NCBI GenBank assembly: GCA_900552385.1
Contig: URZI01000008.1
Location: 13,640 to 77,639, forward strand
Source of the DNA: an uncultured Collinsella sp.
Lineage (GTDB): Bacteria; Actinomycetota; Coriobacteriia; Coriobacteriales; Coriobacteriaceae
DNA length: 64,000 bases
Reading direction: 5' to 3'
Program-made: the position numbers and the translations under genes
Shown here: positions 1-8,706 of the stretch, one piece after another
How positions within the stretch are numbered: the stretch's first letter is position 1
Layout: each line of letters opens with the position of its first letter
The notes under the pieces: model-generated
The model's input: the letters and a program-made list of their open reading frames with translations, nothing else
Database searches by the model: none
What the model was told of the DNA's origin: nothing

Positions 1-907
1 TGCACTTGTAGTAGTGGTACACGCGGCCTGTTTTGGATGTTCCGCAGGTGCCAACGTAGTATTGGCCGCACTCTTGGCACCACATCTTGCCAGACAGCGG
101 GTAATCGTTGGTGTCACGCGTCTTGTTGTGTTTGCGCCCGTTTGAGCCCAAGATGCTATTGATCATGTCTTGGTCTTCGCGCGACCACAACGCAGGCATG
201 CCATCTTCGATTCGCACGCCCGCGTAATCATAAACGCCGCAGTTCTGCTCGCGCCTAAGCAGCTTTGTTATCACACCGTGCGTTAGCGGTTTGCCGCGCT
301 TGCCGCGTTCGCCTGCGACAGCACGCTTGATTTCGGCTACAGTCGAGCCGGCAAAGAGCATATTTTTCATACGGTGCATCACGGCGGCTTCGCGCTCGTT
401 GACCTCGTAATACCCGTTAACAATGTCCCAGCCGTAGTGCGTGCGACCGTTTGCCATTCCGCGCTGGGCGTTCTTGTTGATACCGTCGCGGATACGCTCG
501 CTGTCTATCGCGCTTTCCCATTCAGCAAGCACTTCGAGCATTCCGAGATTCAAGACGCGCGTTGAACCTTCGCCAAGGCTTTCACCGGCGTAAAGGATTT
601 CAACGCCTGCTTTGCGCAACCTAATTCGCGCAAGCGCCATTTCGTCGCGGTTACGCATGATGCGTGTAACCTTATAGATCACTACATAATCGAATAACCC
701 TAGTTTTGCGTCTGCCATCATGCGTTGAAACTCTACGCGCTGCACGTCACGGCCTGTTTGAGCGTAATCGCTATATACACGCACGACGTCAAGGCCATTT
801 TGTGCGCAGTATTCGCGCGATTTCTCTACTTGGATGTCGATACTTTCACTTCGCTGGTTATGCGAACTGAAACGTGCATAGATGGCGGCACGTGTGCCTT
901 TTGGCAT
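1..907 (-). CDS. Large serine recombinase (phage integrase), 3'-truncated by window edge; not in ORF track
   Basis: Manual translation from ATG at 907: MPKGTRAAIYARFSSHNQRSESIDIQ...RVEFQRMMADAK...ERIRDG...YGW...YPLSGKMWCQECG...YHYYKC. This gives the catalytic YARxS motif, a recombinase domain and a Zn ribbon. Confidence 0.93.
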   Translation of the reverse strand, partial: MPKGTRAAIYARFSSHNQRSESIDIQVEKSREYCAQNGLDVVRVYSDYAQTGRDVQRVEFQRMMADAKLGLFDYVVIYKVTRIMRNRDEMALARIRLRKAGVEILYAGESLGEGSTRVLNLGMLEVLAEWESAIDSERIRDGINKNAQRGMANGRTHYGWDIVNGYYEVNEREAAVMHRMKNMLFAGSTVAEIKRAVAGERGKRGKPLTHGVITKLLRREQNCGVYDYAGVRIEDGMPALWSREDQDMINSILGSNGRKHNKTRDTNDYPLSGKMWCQECGQYYVGTCGTSKTGRVYHYYKC

Positions 908-991
908 GATAAAATCACCTTGCCTTTTCATTTGAACGGATTGGCAAGCCCTGCACTGGTCTTGGCGGATAGGTGCGGGGCATTTTTATGT

Positions 992-1330
992 CTAATCTTC
1001 TTTTGATTCCCTTGCAGCTGCTTTGGCTGTCATGGCGATGTTTTGCTGCCACTCGGGCGAACTTTCGCGGTAATGATCAATCATTTCGCGCTCGTCAGAC
1101 GAAAGGTCATCAACGTTATCAAATTCGCAAGTCTCATCATTCCAACCGAGTATGTCATTTGGGGAACAGCCCAATGCAATGGAAAGATTCCAAATCTGCT
1201 CAGCATTCATCATTGCCGCGCCAGATTCCCATGATCGATAGGTGTACTTGTTCACACCAATCTTTTCGGCAAACTCGTCTCTGTTCGAGTAACCAGCGGC
1301 TTTCCGTAGCTTCATAAGGCGAATGTTCAC
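992..1330 (-). CDS. XRE-family HTH repressor (CI-like)
   Basis: LRKAAGYSNRDEFAEKIGVNKYTYRSWESG HTH; divergent from cro-like gene, next to integrase. Confidence 0.85.
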   Translation of the reverse strand: MNIRLMKLRKAAGYSNRDEFAEKIGVNKYTYRSWESGAAMMNAEQIWNLSIALGCSPNDILGWNDETCEFDNVDDLSSDEREMIDHYRESSPEWQQNIAMTAKAAARESKED

Positions 1331-1409
1331 TGCTAGTCTCCTTCTCTCCTAATGTAAGTGCATAGTACAACGAAATTAGCCAATACACAACGAAATTATT
1401 ACTTTTCGC

Positions 1410-1438
1410 TTGACAGCGTTATTTTGCATAGCTATAGT
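1410..1438 (+). promoter_or_regulatory. sigma70-type early lytic promoter
   Basis: TTGACA-17 nt-TATAGT upstream of the cro-like gene. Confidence 0.75.
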
Positions 1439-1441
1439 GCG

Positions 1442-1534
1442 TAGCCAGTTGCTAAGGAAATTAGCAGCTGGCTAATATTCCTAGGGTAAACCCTAGGAAT
1501 ATACGGGTTGGCTACTTGACAAGCAAGTAGCCAA
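1442..1534. promoter_or_regulatory. Three consecutive palindromes (operators or leader hairpins)
   Basis: tagccagttgctaa/ttagcagctggcta, tattcctaggg/ccctaggaata, ttggctacttg/caagtagccaa. Confidence 0.6.
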
Positions 1535-1566
1535 ATATCGGCTCAATGCAGAAAGGAGGAAACGTA

Positions 1567-1791
1567 ATGGGTTTCAACAAGGAGGTGTTTGCGGCGAACT
1601 TGCGAGCAGCTCGCGCGAAGCTCGATATCTCGCAGGATGAGTTCGCAAAGCGCGTCGGTATCTCCAAAGATTCCGTCGTGAAATACGAGAGTGGTGAGGG
1701 CTACATCCCTGGCGCAGACAAGATCATGTCCATCTGCCGAGTTGCGCACATCAGCCCCAATGAGCTTATGGGATGGGGGGAAATCGCGTAA
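1567..1791 (+). CDS. Cro-like XRE HTH regulator
   Basis: LRAARAKLDISQDEFAKRVGISKDSVVKYESG; RBS aggagga before ATG 1567. Confidence 0.85.
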   Translation: MGFNKEVFAANLRAARAKLDISQDEFAKRVGISKDSVVKYESGEGYIPGADKIMSICRVAHISPNELMGWGEIA

Positions 1792-1871
1792 TGGATGAAT
1801 TTATCGATGTATTGACGCTCTGGTTGTTCATAACAACTGCCGTTGCCGTCGGCAACATGATCGGCAAGTAA
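1791..1871 (+). CDS. 26-aa hydrophobic micropeptide
   Basis: MDEFIDVLTLWLFITTAVAVGNMIGK; TAATG coupling to cro. Confidence 0.5.
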   Translation: MDEFIDVLTLWLFITTAVAVGNMIGK

Positions 1872-1888
1872 GAAAGGAGGGGTTTCAG

Positions 1889-2278
1889 ATGTATGAAACC
1901 CAATCGCAAACCAACGGTTTGCATCGTGGTTTTGACGAGTGTGAAACGCCGCAAGCTCGATGTTTCGCAGGCGGCATTTTGCCGGCGCGTCAGAGCTATG
2001 GCGCAAGCTCGCGAAAAGAAAGCGCCCGCACCTGGCTGCAACCGGGCACGGGCAATGTCAAAACCTTCACCAGTAATGACAACGAGAATTTTACACCACT
2101 AGCAACGGTTAAGCGGTGGTTTTGCGGCGCTATTGCCCTGCTGTCGGCAACTGGAATCCTGCTCATTGCCCTGGCTGGTGCCATTATCTGGCTTACGGAG
2201 ACGTACGACCTGCCTTGGCTGCCGTTCGTCCTTGCCGGGCTTGAGCTTTGGTTCATCGTCCGAATGATCGACCAATGA
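1889..2278 (+). CDS. Hypothetical phage membrane protein
   Basis: Strong RBS (aaaggagg); two C-terminal hydrophobic segments. Confidence 0.6.
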   Translation: MYETQSQTNGLHRGFDECETPQARCFAGGILPARQSYGASSRKESARTWLQPGTGNVKTFTSNDNENFTPLATVKRWFCGAIALLSATGILLIALAGAIIWLTETYDLPWLPFVLAGLELWFIVRMIDQ

Positions 2279-2481
2279 GGGGCTATCTCGACCGCGATGC
2301 AAACGGCTTCTGGGTCGCGCGAGTGATCATCGAGGAAGCCCGCAGGCCGGGCGTGAGCGGCGCGGGAGACGTGCGCACGCGCCACAGGTTGCCCGTGCCG
2401 CCATCGGCACCGCGAGAGGTCGCAGAAGTGGCGTTCAGGCGCTTTATGAGCCGTGAATCAAGGAAGCGCCATGGATGTTGA
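2275..2481 (+). CDS. Small phage protein, possible stand-alone arm-type DNA-binding domain
   Basis: ATGA overlap with upstream gene; resembles the N-terminus of the 5973 integrase. Confidence 0.5.
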   Translation: MRGYLDRDANGFWVARVIIEEARRPGVSGAGDVRTRHRLPVPPSAPREVAEVAFRRFMSRESRKRHGC

Positions 2482-2872
2482 CGATTACACCCAGCCGCTC
2501 GAATCCGTGATGCGGCAGGAGCGATTGGCAATGTACCCGGTGCCGCTCAAGCTGCAAGACCGGCAGGAGCTTTTCAAGCTCTGGTGCGAGCTCAATCCAA
2601 GGGCGCTGCGGCAGATCGAGCTTACGGCGCTCGCAATCGACCAGCGAGGTATCCGAGTAAGCGCCAAGTACCTCATTGAGAAACAACGTTACGAGGGCAG
2701 CGTCAAGCTCGTCGGCGTTCCGTTCGTGGACGGAAACGGCGTTGAGCACGTCTACGGCATTAACAACACGGATACGCCACTTCTAGCCCGTTGGCTTCTA
2801 AAGCGGCATCCAAAGCTGAACATCAAGCTTCGCAATTCCATCTATGACAAGGAGAACAATCATGAAGCGTAA
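2471..2872 (+). CDS. Hypothetical phage protein
   Basis: Overlapping chain of early genes with RBS. Confidence 0.6.
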   Translation: MDVDDYTQPLESVMRQERLAMYPVPLKLQDRQELFKLWCELNPRALRQIELTALAIDQRGIRVSAKYLIEKQRYEGSVKLVGVPFVDGNGVEHVYGINNTDTPLLARWLLKRHPKLNIKLRNSIYDKENNHEA

Positions 2873-3131
2873 GGAAGCAATCAAGTTCCTCGATTCCGTT
2901 GCCGAGTATATCAGCGGTGTCGACGGCACCATTACGCTCTTCAACCCCAAGAGCAATGAGAGCGTCGAGCTTGATACCGACCTGGCTTTCTGTTTCATGG
3001 GGACACCCATCGTAGCCATGAAAGACATGCTCGAGAGCGACAAGCTCGACGATATGACACCCGACATGTTTGTCCATCTGATGACCAAATCGGCGTTGAG
3101 TGCATATGCGCAGCAGCTTACAAAGCGCTGA
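2862..3131 (+). CDS. Hypothetical phage protein
   Basis: RBS aggag; overlaps upstream stop. Confidence 0.6.
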   Translation: MKRKEAIKFLDSVAEYISGVDGTITLFNPKSNESVELDTDLAFCFMGTPIVAMKDMLESDKLDDMTPDMFVHLMTKSALSAYAQQLTKR

Positions 3132-3366
3132 GCAGCTGGCGCTCGATCTTTTTGGTGAGCAGCCGATGCCAACGCCCGGGCAATGCCGGTTCGAGCTTCA
3201 TCTACTCGAGCACGGCGAAAAGCCCAAGAGCGCGTGTGGCTTTCGCGGAGCGACCGTTTGGACTAACTGCCGCGAGGTTGGCAAGTGCCTTTGGGACGGC
3301 TGGAACCAGCAGGGGACAAGCGATGGATTAACGACGGGAGGTGATGACGATGACGGCGATTCCTAA
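3100..3366 (+). CDS. Hypothetical Cys-containing phage protein
   Basis: ORF fills the operon gap; start uncertain. Confidence 0.45.
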   Translation: MHMRSSLQSAEQLALDLFGEQPMPTPGQCRFELHLLEHGEKPKSACGFRGATVWTNCREVGKCLWDGWNQQGTSDGLTTGGDDDDGDS

Positions 3367-3796
3367 AGACGTGCACGATCAGGCGCAGGAACCAATGGCG
3401 TGGTTTCAGCACGACGCTAACGCGCAGCGGGACATCAAATGCCAACGGCTGCTCATGCGTCGCGGTAACGAGGGCTACGGCGCTTACTGGCGGCTCTGCG
3501 AGCTTCTGGCGAGCACCAAGCACCACTCAATTGCGGTGGACACCGATGAAGACTGGCTCATTCTAGCCGGCGCAATCGGTATGCGCTCGATGGGGGCTTT
3601 CGATGAGACGGTGAGCATCGCCGAGACACAAGATTTCATCGACTGCCTGCTTGAGATCGGATTGCTCGTGAGAGACGGAAAAGGCCGAATCGAGAGCGAG
3701 AGGATGTGCAAAAACGCCCTTTATTTTGGCAAGCAGCGCGTCAACGGAGCCAAGGGCGGCAGGCCGAAAAAGAAGCAGGAAAACCCGCAAAACTAG
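3350..3796 (+). CDS. Phage replication initiator N-terminal domain protein (DUF4373/Lin1244-like)
   Basis: WFQHDANAQRDIKCQRLLMRRGNEGYGAYWRLCELL...NGAKGGRPKK signature. Confidence 0.75.
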   Translation: MTAIPKDVHDQAQEPMAWFQHDANAQRDIKCQRLLMRRGNEGYGAYWRLCELLASTKHHSIAVDTDEDWLILAGAIGMRSMGAFDETVSIAETQDFIDCLLEIGLLVRDGKGRIESERMCKNALYFGKQRVNGAKGGRPKKKQENPQN

Positions 3797-4115
3797 CAGG
3801 TCAGAGCGTATGTTTGTGTTGTTGCGGATTGAAACCAGCGCGAAACCATCGGTTTTAGGTTGGGCTAAGCCTAACAATACATAACATAACAGTACAGAAG
3901 CGGGTTTTTGGGTTTGGGTCATAAAATCCAAACCCAAAGCCAAAAACCCGCACTTGCTTGTTATGTTGACTTACAAGCAAGGTTCTTCTTTCTTGCTTCT
4001 TCTTTCTTGATCGATTCGTTTTTCGAGCGATTCCAAAGCCTGTTTTCGAGTCTTCAGCAGTAGTTATCAACAGGTTTTCAACAAGTTTTCAACAATAGAA
4101 AAGTTTTCAACAAAG
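3797..4115. promoter_or_regulatory. Putative phage replication origin
   Basis: Non-coding, AT-richer. Inverted repeat gcgggtttttgg/ccaaaaacccgc (3900-3951). Four DnaA-box-like 9-mers TT(A/T)TCAACA at 4064, 4075, 4086, 4104. Confidence 0.6.
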
Positions 4116-4126
4116 GAGCGTTGGCG

Positions 4127-4309
4127 ATGCCTTACGGGAGTTATGTCAACAAAGTCCGAAAGCACACGTGTCCTTACTGCGGCATCGAGCGAAATCTGGA
4201 CTGGTTCATCAAGGACAGCGAAGCCTGCTGGAAGTGCAGGGAGACGAAGAAGAACGAGAAGGAGGTGATGATAGGTGAGCATTTTGACGATTCGCAAATC
4301 ACTCGATAA
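4127..4309 (+). CDS. Small zinc-finger phage protein
   Basis: CPYC...CWKC; RBS aaggag. Confidence 0.55.
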   Translation: MPYGSYVNKVRKHTCPYCGIERNLDWFIKDSEACWKCRETKKNEKEVMIGEHFDDSQITR

Positions 4310-4691
4310 TGACGTTTTTACACGAGATGAAGCCAGAGAACTTTTTTCGTGTTGCCGTCTCAGCTATGACGATGTGAGCGAGAACGACATTTACATGTTG
4401 GAAGCCTTTGTCGGCTGTGAGCTGAGTCAATTCAATGAGCTGAATGAGCTGCAAATGCACGTTTCGCATAGGAAGAAGAACGCTCCAAAAATCAACGTTC
4501 GCGATGAACCGGGCAACCCTATCGAATCGGCCTTCTTGCATGTCGATAGCGATTACTTCAGAGGACGAGAAGCGATCTCCTTCAACAGTGACGGCTTTAT
4601 TGGATTCGCAGGCTGGGCTGATGACGGCAACGTTCAGCCGTTTTTACGGGCTTTTGTTGACTGGGTAGTTTTTTGGATGGATGGCAAATGA
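4275..4691 (+). CDS. Hypothetical phage protein
   Basis: ORF in early operon. Confidence 0.6.
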   Translation: MSILTIRKSLDNDVFTRDEARELFSCCRLSYDDVSENDIYMLEAFVGCELSQFNELNELQMHVSHRKKNAPKINVRDEPGNPIESAFLHVDSDYFRGREAISFNSDGFIGFAGWADDGNVQPFLRAFVDWVVFWMDGK

Positions 4692-5011
4692 GTTCTTACG
4701 TTAAGCATGTCGGCGACCTGACTGAGCCTGTTGAGTTCAGTGCTTCGCAGGTTGCCGAGAAGATGACCTCAACGGTCGATATGGGGTTCGACCCTGTGAC
4801 CAAGCCCGCGCATTACGCAGGGCATACCGGCATCGAGTGCAAGCAGGCAATGGAATCGATGCTCGGAACCGATGAATACGTGTCCTATATGCAGGGATGC
4901 GCCTTCAAGTACCTGTGGCGCTGGAAGTCCAAGAACGGCATCGAAGACCTCAAGAAGGCGCATGAATGCATCGAGAACATGCTTGAGACACTGGAAGGCG
5001 GCGCGTCATGA
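4688..5011 (+). CDS. DUF3310 (SaV-like) protein
   Basis: VTKPAHY...IEC...GCAFKYLWRWKSKNGIEDLKKA. Confidence 0.85.
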   Translation: MSSYVKHVGDLTEPVEFSASQVAEKMTSTVDMGFDPVTKPAHYAGHTGIECKQAMESMLGTDEYVSYMQGCAFKYLWRWKSKNGIEDLKKAHECIENMLETLEGGAS

Positions 5012-5295
5012 GCGGCGGTGACTTCTACGCCGCACCCAAGCTTGTCACCGTCCGCAAGGCGCATCAGTGCGCGTACTGCGGCGAGACGGTTCCAGCGGGA
5101 ACGCGTGGCGTGCTCATTGAAAGCGGCTTTTGGTTTGGTCAGTTCTGGAAGCGCTACGCATGCCCGCGCTGTCAGCCATATGTCAGTGAGTTTTGGGGCT
5201 GGCAAGGCTTGGAGAGTGAAGACATCGAATGGGATTTCGACGAGTTCATGCGGAAGTATCACCGCGATGTGTGGGTGACCGGCGATGACGATTAG
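5008..5295 (+). CDS. Zn-ribbon phage protein
   Basis: RKAHQCAYCGE...CPRC. Confidence 0.65.
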   Translation: MSGGDFYAAPKLVTVRKAHQCAYCGETVPAGTRGVLIESGFWFGQFWKRYACPRCQPYVSEFWGWQGLESEDIEWDFDEFMRKYHRDVWVTGDDD

Positions 5296-5467
5296 GAGCG
5301 ACCGTAAGACCCTTGAGAACCTGTGTGTCGTGTCGCAGGACATAAGCAGGCGCATAGCGAACTGCGAGAAGCGTGGTCGCGATAGCGCACGGGTCGATTA
5401 CGACGATCTTATCTGCTGGTGTGACTGTGTTGACGATGCAATCGCATCGATTAACCGAAATTTGTAG
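5285..5467 (+). CDS. Hypothetical phage protein
   Basis: Overlapping operon gene. Confidence 0.5.
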   Translation: MTIRSDRKTLENLCVVSQDISRRIANCEKRGRDSARVDYDDLICWCDCVDDAIASINRNL

Positions 5468-5474
5468 GAGAGAA

Positions 5475-5723
5475 ATGAACGAGTTTAAGACCAAGGAAGA
5501 GTATGAAGAGGCATCGTCGACGCTGGTTGGGTGCGCCCTGCTGATCGTCCCGCTCGCGATGTTGGTTGCCAGTATCGCCATTGGCTTCATCTTCGGCGCT
5601 GGCTATGGGTTTCTGGCCTTCTTTTGCTTCCTGCTGTCCGCGTGCATTTGGTTCATTTACCTGGCAAAGGTCAGCATGCACAAGGCGAAGAAAGCGGCTG
5701 AAAAGGAGTGGAACGATGATTGA
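5475..5723 (+). CDS. Phage membrane protein
   Basis: RBS aggag; two TM segments and basic tail. Confidence 0.6.
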   Translation: MNEFKTKEEYEEASSTLVGCALLIVPLAMLVASIAIGFIFGAGYGFLAFFCFLLSACIWFIYLAKVSMHKAKKAAEKEWNDD

Positions 5724-5973
5724 GAGTCCAGGCCATGCCATCAGCCGCATCATTAAGGATTTCGACAATGCGTACATATCTGCGCTTCGTGGAAAAGGAA
5801 ACTTCCTATATGAGGTTTCCTGCGCAATGAGCCGTGCGCATAGGGAGTGGGGCAAGTTCGAGAAGCGTTGCAGGAAGTATCGCGACCCTAAATGGCAGCG
5901 CCGGTATACAAAGGCGTTCAAGCGGTCGCGCAGGAACGTTGCCTATCTCAAGCGCACTGGCAGGTGCCGGTGA
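5716..5973 (+). CDS. Basic hypothetical phage protein
   Basis: RBS aaggag; TGATG coupling to the downstream recombinase. Confidence 0.55.
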   Translation: MIESPGHAISRIIKDFDNAYISALRGKGNFLYEVSCAMSRAHREWGKFEKRCRKYRDPKWQRRYTKAFKRSRRNVAYLKRTGRCR

Positions 5974-7157
5974 TGGGTATCGAGGTCAAGCGCGATCAAA
6001 AGGGAGTCTGGTTTGCGCAGCCGTATCTTGGCAAGGCACCGGACGGGCGGCAGATACGGCCACGCCGTAGCTTCCCGGATGCCAGGACGCGCGATGAAGC
6101 GCAGGCTTTGGCTGATGCCTGGGCTTCGCATCTTACCTTTGACGGCAAGGTCAAGAGCACGCTGATAGTCGACCTGCTTTGGGAGTACATCGAGCAGCGG
6201 AAGGTCAAGGGCGCAGCCATTAACACCGTGAAGAGGTGGACGTTTTTCACACGAACCTACGTGGGCAAGTACCTTAAAGGCAAAGTCGCTCGCGATCTTA
6301 CCGCCATCGAGCTGAACGACTTCGAAACGCGGCTTGGCGTGAGCAAGAAGAACGGCGGTCAAGGTCTTTCGCGCAACACGATCATCAGCGTTCACCACTT
6401 TTTGCGCGGCGCATACAACTTCTGGGTGCGCATCGGCATCTGCGAGAACAACCCAATGCTTATGGTCACAAAGCCACCAGAGGAACGCCATGAAGCCGTG
6501 AGCATCGACGAATGGGATTACAAGGCACTCGATGCCATGGTCTCCGAAAAGCTCGACCTTGAAGCGCCCGAGAAGCGCTTCATGCGCCAATCAGCCTACG
6601 CTTTCGCGGCTTGGCTCGCACTACACACGGGGATGCGCGTCGGCGAGGTGTGCGCCGTAAGGCGTCGCGACCTCCACAAGGCGCAGGGGTTCATCCTCGT
6701 GAGCGGAACGGTCATCGAGGTTCCGGGCGGCGGCGTTATCCGATCCAACGTGACCAAGAACAAGAAGACGCGGCCTGTGGCTCTAATCGACGAAGAGTGG
6801 GAGCGGATAAAAGCCTATCTCGCGCAACAGGATTCGATTTCAGACGCTTTCACGCCCGATTCGCCACTGGTGAGCGTAGACGGCTCTTACATGCGCCCAA
6901 CGACCGTCTCAAAGGCTTTCAGCCGCGCTCGCGACCGTGCTGGCATGCCGAAGGCGTATACGTTCCATTCGCTTCGCCATACGCACGCCACGTGGTGCCT
7001 TGCGAACGGCGTCGACCTCAAGACGCTTGCAGATCGCTTGGGGCACTCGAACGAAGCGACCACGCTGAAGCTCTACGCGCACCTTCTGCCGGGGCGCGAC
7101 CAGGCGGCGGCTCAGGCGTTCAACAGCTTTGCCAAGCAGCTTGAGGACGGAGTGTAA
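5973..7157 (+). CDS. Tyrosine recombinase/integrase
   Basis: HTGMRVGE, TKNKK, FHSLRHTHAT, RLGHSN...LKLYAH: complete R-K-H-R-H-Y set plus N-terminal arm domain. Confidence 0.92.
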   Translation: MGIEVKRDQKGVWFAQPYLGKAPDGRQIRPRRSFPDARTRDEAQALADAWASHLTFDGKVKSTLIVDLLWEYIEQRKVKGAAINTVKRWTFFTRTYVGKYLKGKVARDLTAIELNDFETRLGVSKKNGGQGLSRNTIISVHHFLRGAYNFWVRIGICENNPMLMVTKPPEERHEAVSIDEWDYKALDAMVSEKLDLEAPEKRFMRQSAYAFAAWLALHTGMRVGEVCAVRRRDLHKAQGFILVSGTVIEVPGGGVIRSNVTKNKKTRPVALIDEEWERIKAYLAQQDSISDAFTPDSPLVSVDGSYMRPTTVSKAFSRARDRAGMPKAYTFHSLRHTHATWCLANGVDLKTLADRLGHSNEATTLKLYAHLLPGRDQAAAQAFNSFAKQLEDGV

Positions 7158-7285
7158 ACGGTGTGTAAATGGCAAGACCTCGGCCATTTGCTGCACGACA
7201 CGAAAACGAGAGGTCAGAAAGCAAAACCGATGGTTTGGGAACGGTTAGCCGCCGTATTCCAAGTAAGAATCAGGAGATATTGAAA

Positions 7286-7612
7286 ATGGTACCGAAATTG
7301 ACTGCCGAACAGCGGCGTGCAGCCCTCGATAAGGGGATGCAGATCAGGATTAAGAGAGCGGAGTACAAGGCCAAGCTTAAGAACGGCTTGATGTCTATTG
7401 AGCAGTTCTTTGAGTTGGCAGACGGCGGAGACCAGGCTGCATCGGGCATGCGTGTCGAATCGCTGATTAGGTCGATGCCCGGTTTTGCCGCGCCACGAAC
7501 CCAGAAGCTCATGAAGAGCCTGCACATCAGCACGAGCCGCCGCGTGCAGGGTCTGGGATACATCCAGCGAGAGGGGCTTATCGAGGCTCTTGGAGGTGGA
7601 CGCCGTGAGTAG
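7286..7612 (+). CDS. mihF: Integration host factor, actinobacterial type (mIHF/sIHF homolog), phage-encoded
   Basis: PKLTAEQRRAALDK...RAEYKAKLKNG...MRVESLIRSMPG...ISTSRRVQGLG..QREGL. Confidence 0.85.
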   Translation: MVPKLTAEQRRAALDKGMQIRIKRAEYKAKLKNGLMSIEQFFELADGGDQAASGMRVESLIRSMPGFAAPRTQKLMKSLHISTSRRVQGLGYIQREGLIEALGGGRRE

Positions 7613-7841
7613 GTCGCATGAGCGGGCACGCCGACGAATCAAGAGACTGAGTGTGCTTTTGGCGGTGCTCATAGTGTTGTTGGGCTGCATCATCGTCTTT
7701 CTTTGTTTTTGCCTTATGGAACTGCTCATAAGCGTCATAACTGGTTGTCTGTTCTCGTGGCTCGTCCCATTGCTCGCAACCGCGATGGTGATCATGACCT
7801 ATATCGCATTGGCAATCGTGAGGGGTGGCAACTGTGAGTGA
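7590..7841 (+). CDS. Phage membrane protein
   Basis: Two long hydrophobic segments. Confidence 0.55.
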   Translation: MEVDAVSRSHERARRRIKRLSVLLAVLIVLLGCIIVFLCFCLMELLISVITGCLFSWLVPLLATAMVIMTYIALAIVRGGNCE

Positions 7842-8247
7842 CAGCCTTAACAGCGTCACCTTGAGTGGCAACCTTGGGCAAGATGCAGAGGTTAGGTACA
7901 CCAACAGCGGCCTTGCGGTAACGAGCTTTTCACTAGCAGTGAACAAGAGCCGCAAGCAGCAGGACGGTAGCTATAAGGACGCGACCAGTTGGGTTGACTG
8001 CGTGATGTACGGCAAGCGTGGCGAAGCGATGTTTAACAACGGCCTTCTGATGAAGGGCGCACGCCTGGCCATCCTTGGGCACCTGCATCAGAACGTGTGG
8101 GAGAAGGACGGCAAGCGCTATCGCAAGCTTGAGGTTATCGTCGATAACGTGGCAATCATGACCTCGCATCGACAGTCGCAGCAACCGGCGGCGGTACCGC
8201 AGGCTGCGACCTACCCAGATGTGTACGACGAAGATATTCCCTTCTAA
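7834..8247 (+). CDS. ssb: Single-stranded DNA-binding protein
   Basis: NSVTLSGNLGQDAEVRYT...C-terminal DEDIPF. Confidence 0.93.
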   Translation: MSDSLNSVTLSGNLGQDAEVRYTNSGLAVTSFSLAVNKSRKQQDGSYKDATSWVDCVMYGKRGEAMFNNGLLMKGARLAILGHLHQNVWEKDGKRYRKLEVIVDNVAIMTSHRQSQQPAAVPQAATYPDVYDEDIPF

Positions 8248-8256
8248 GGAGCTGAC

Positions 8257-8694
8257 ATGTACGGACGAAAGATGAACGTTTGCCTGGCTGACGGAACGGT
8301 CATGCCGACATACGCGCACGATGGCGATGCAGGCTTCGACCTTTGCATCACCGAGGATGTGAGGCTTGAGCCAAACGCAAGCGCTGTCTGCGGACTTGGC
8401 TTTGCCTGCGAGATTCCGAGCGGTTGTGTCGGCTTGGTCTTCCCGCGCTCCGGCCTTGGCGCTCACTACGGCGTGACGCTGCGCAACAGCGTAAGCGTCA
8501 TCGACAGCGGATACCGTGGCGAGGTACATGCACCGCTGGTCAATCTCAGCTGTGACACCGTGTTTCTTTCCAAGGGTACGCGCGTGTGCCAGATGGTCGT
8601 TGTCCCGTTCGTGCCGTGTGATCTTGTCGGGGTCGATAGCCTGACCGACACCGAGCGCGGTACAGACGGCTTCGGCTCTACGGGTATCGACTAG
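8257..8694 (+). CDS. dut: Trimeric dUTPase
   Basis: AGFDL, PRSGLG, VIDSGYRGE, ERGTDGFGSTG motifs. Confidence 0.93.
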   Translation: MYGRKMNVCLADGTVMPTYAHDGDAGFDLCITEDVRLEPNASAVCGLGFACEIPSGCVGLVFPRSGLGAHYGVTLRNSVSVIDSGYRGEVHAPLVNLSCDTVFLSKGTRVCQMVVVPFVPCDLVGVDSLTDTERGTDGFGSTGID

Positions 8695-8706
8695 GATTGA
8701 TGCCTT

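Noticed and set aside
3843..7236. Exact 14-bp inverted match (3843-3856 vs 7223-7236) as invertible-segment ends
   Set aside because: The sequence is short and itself quasi-palindromic with a 3-bp spacer. A match of this length can occur by chance in 30 kb.
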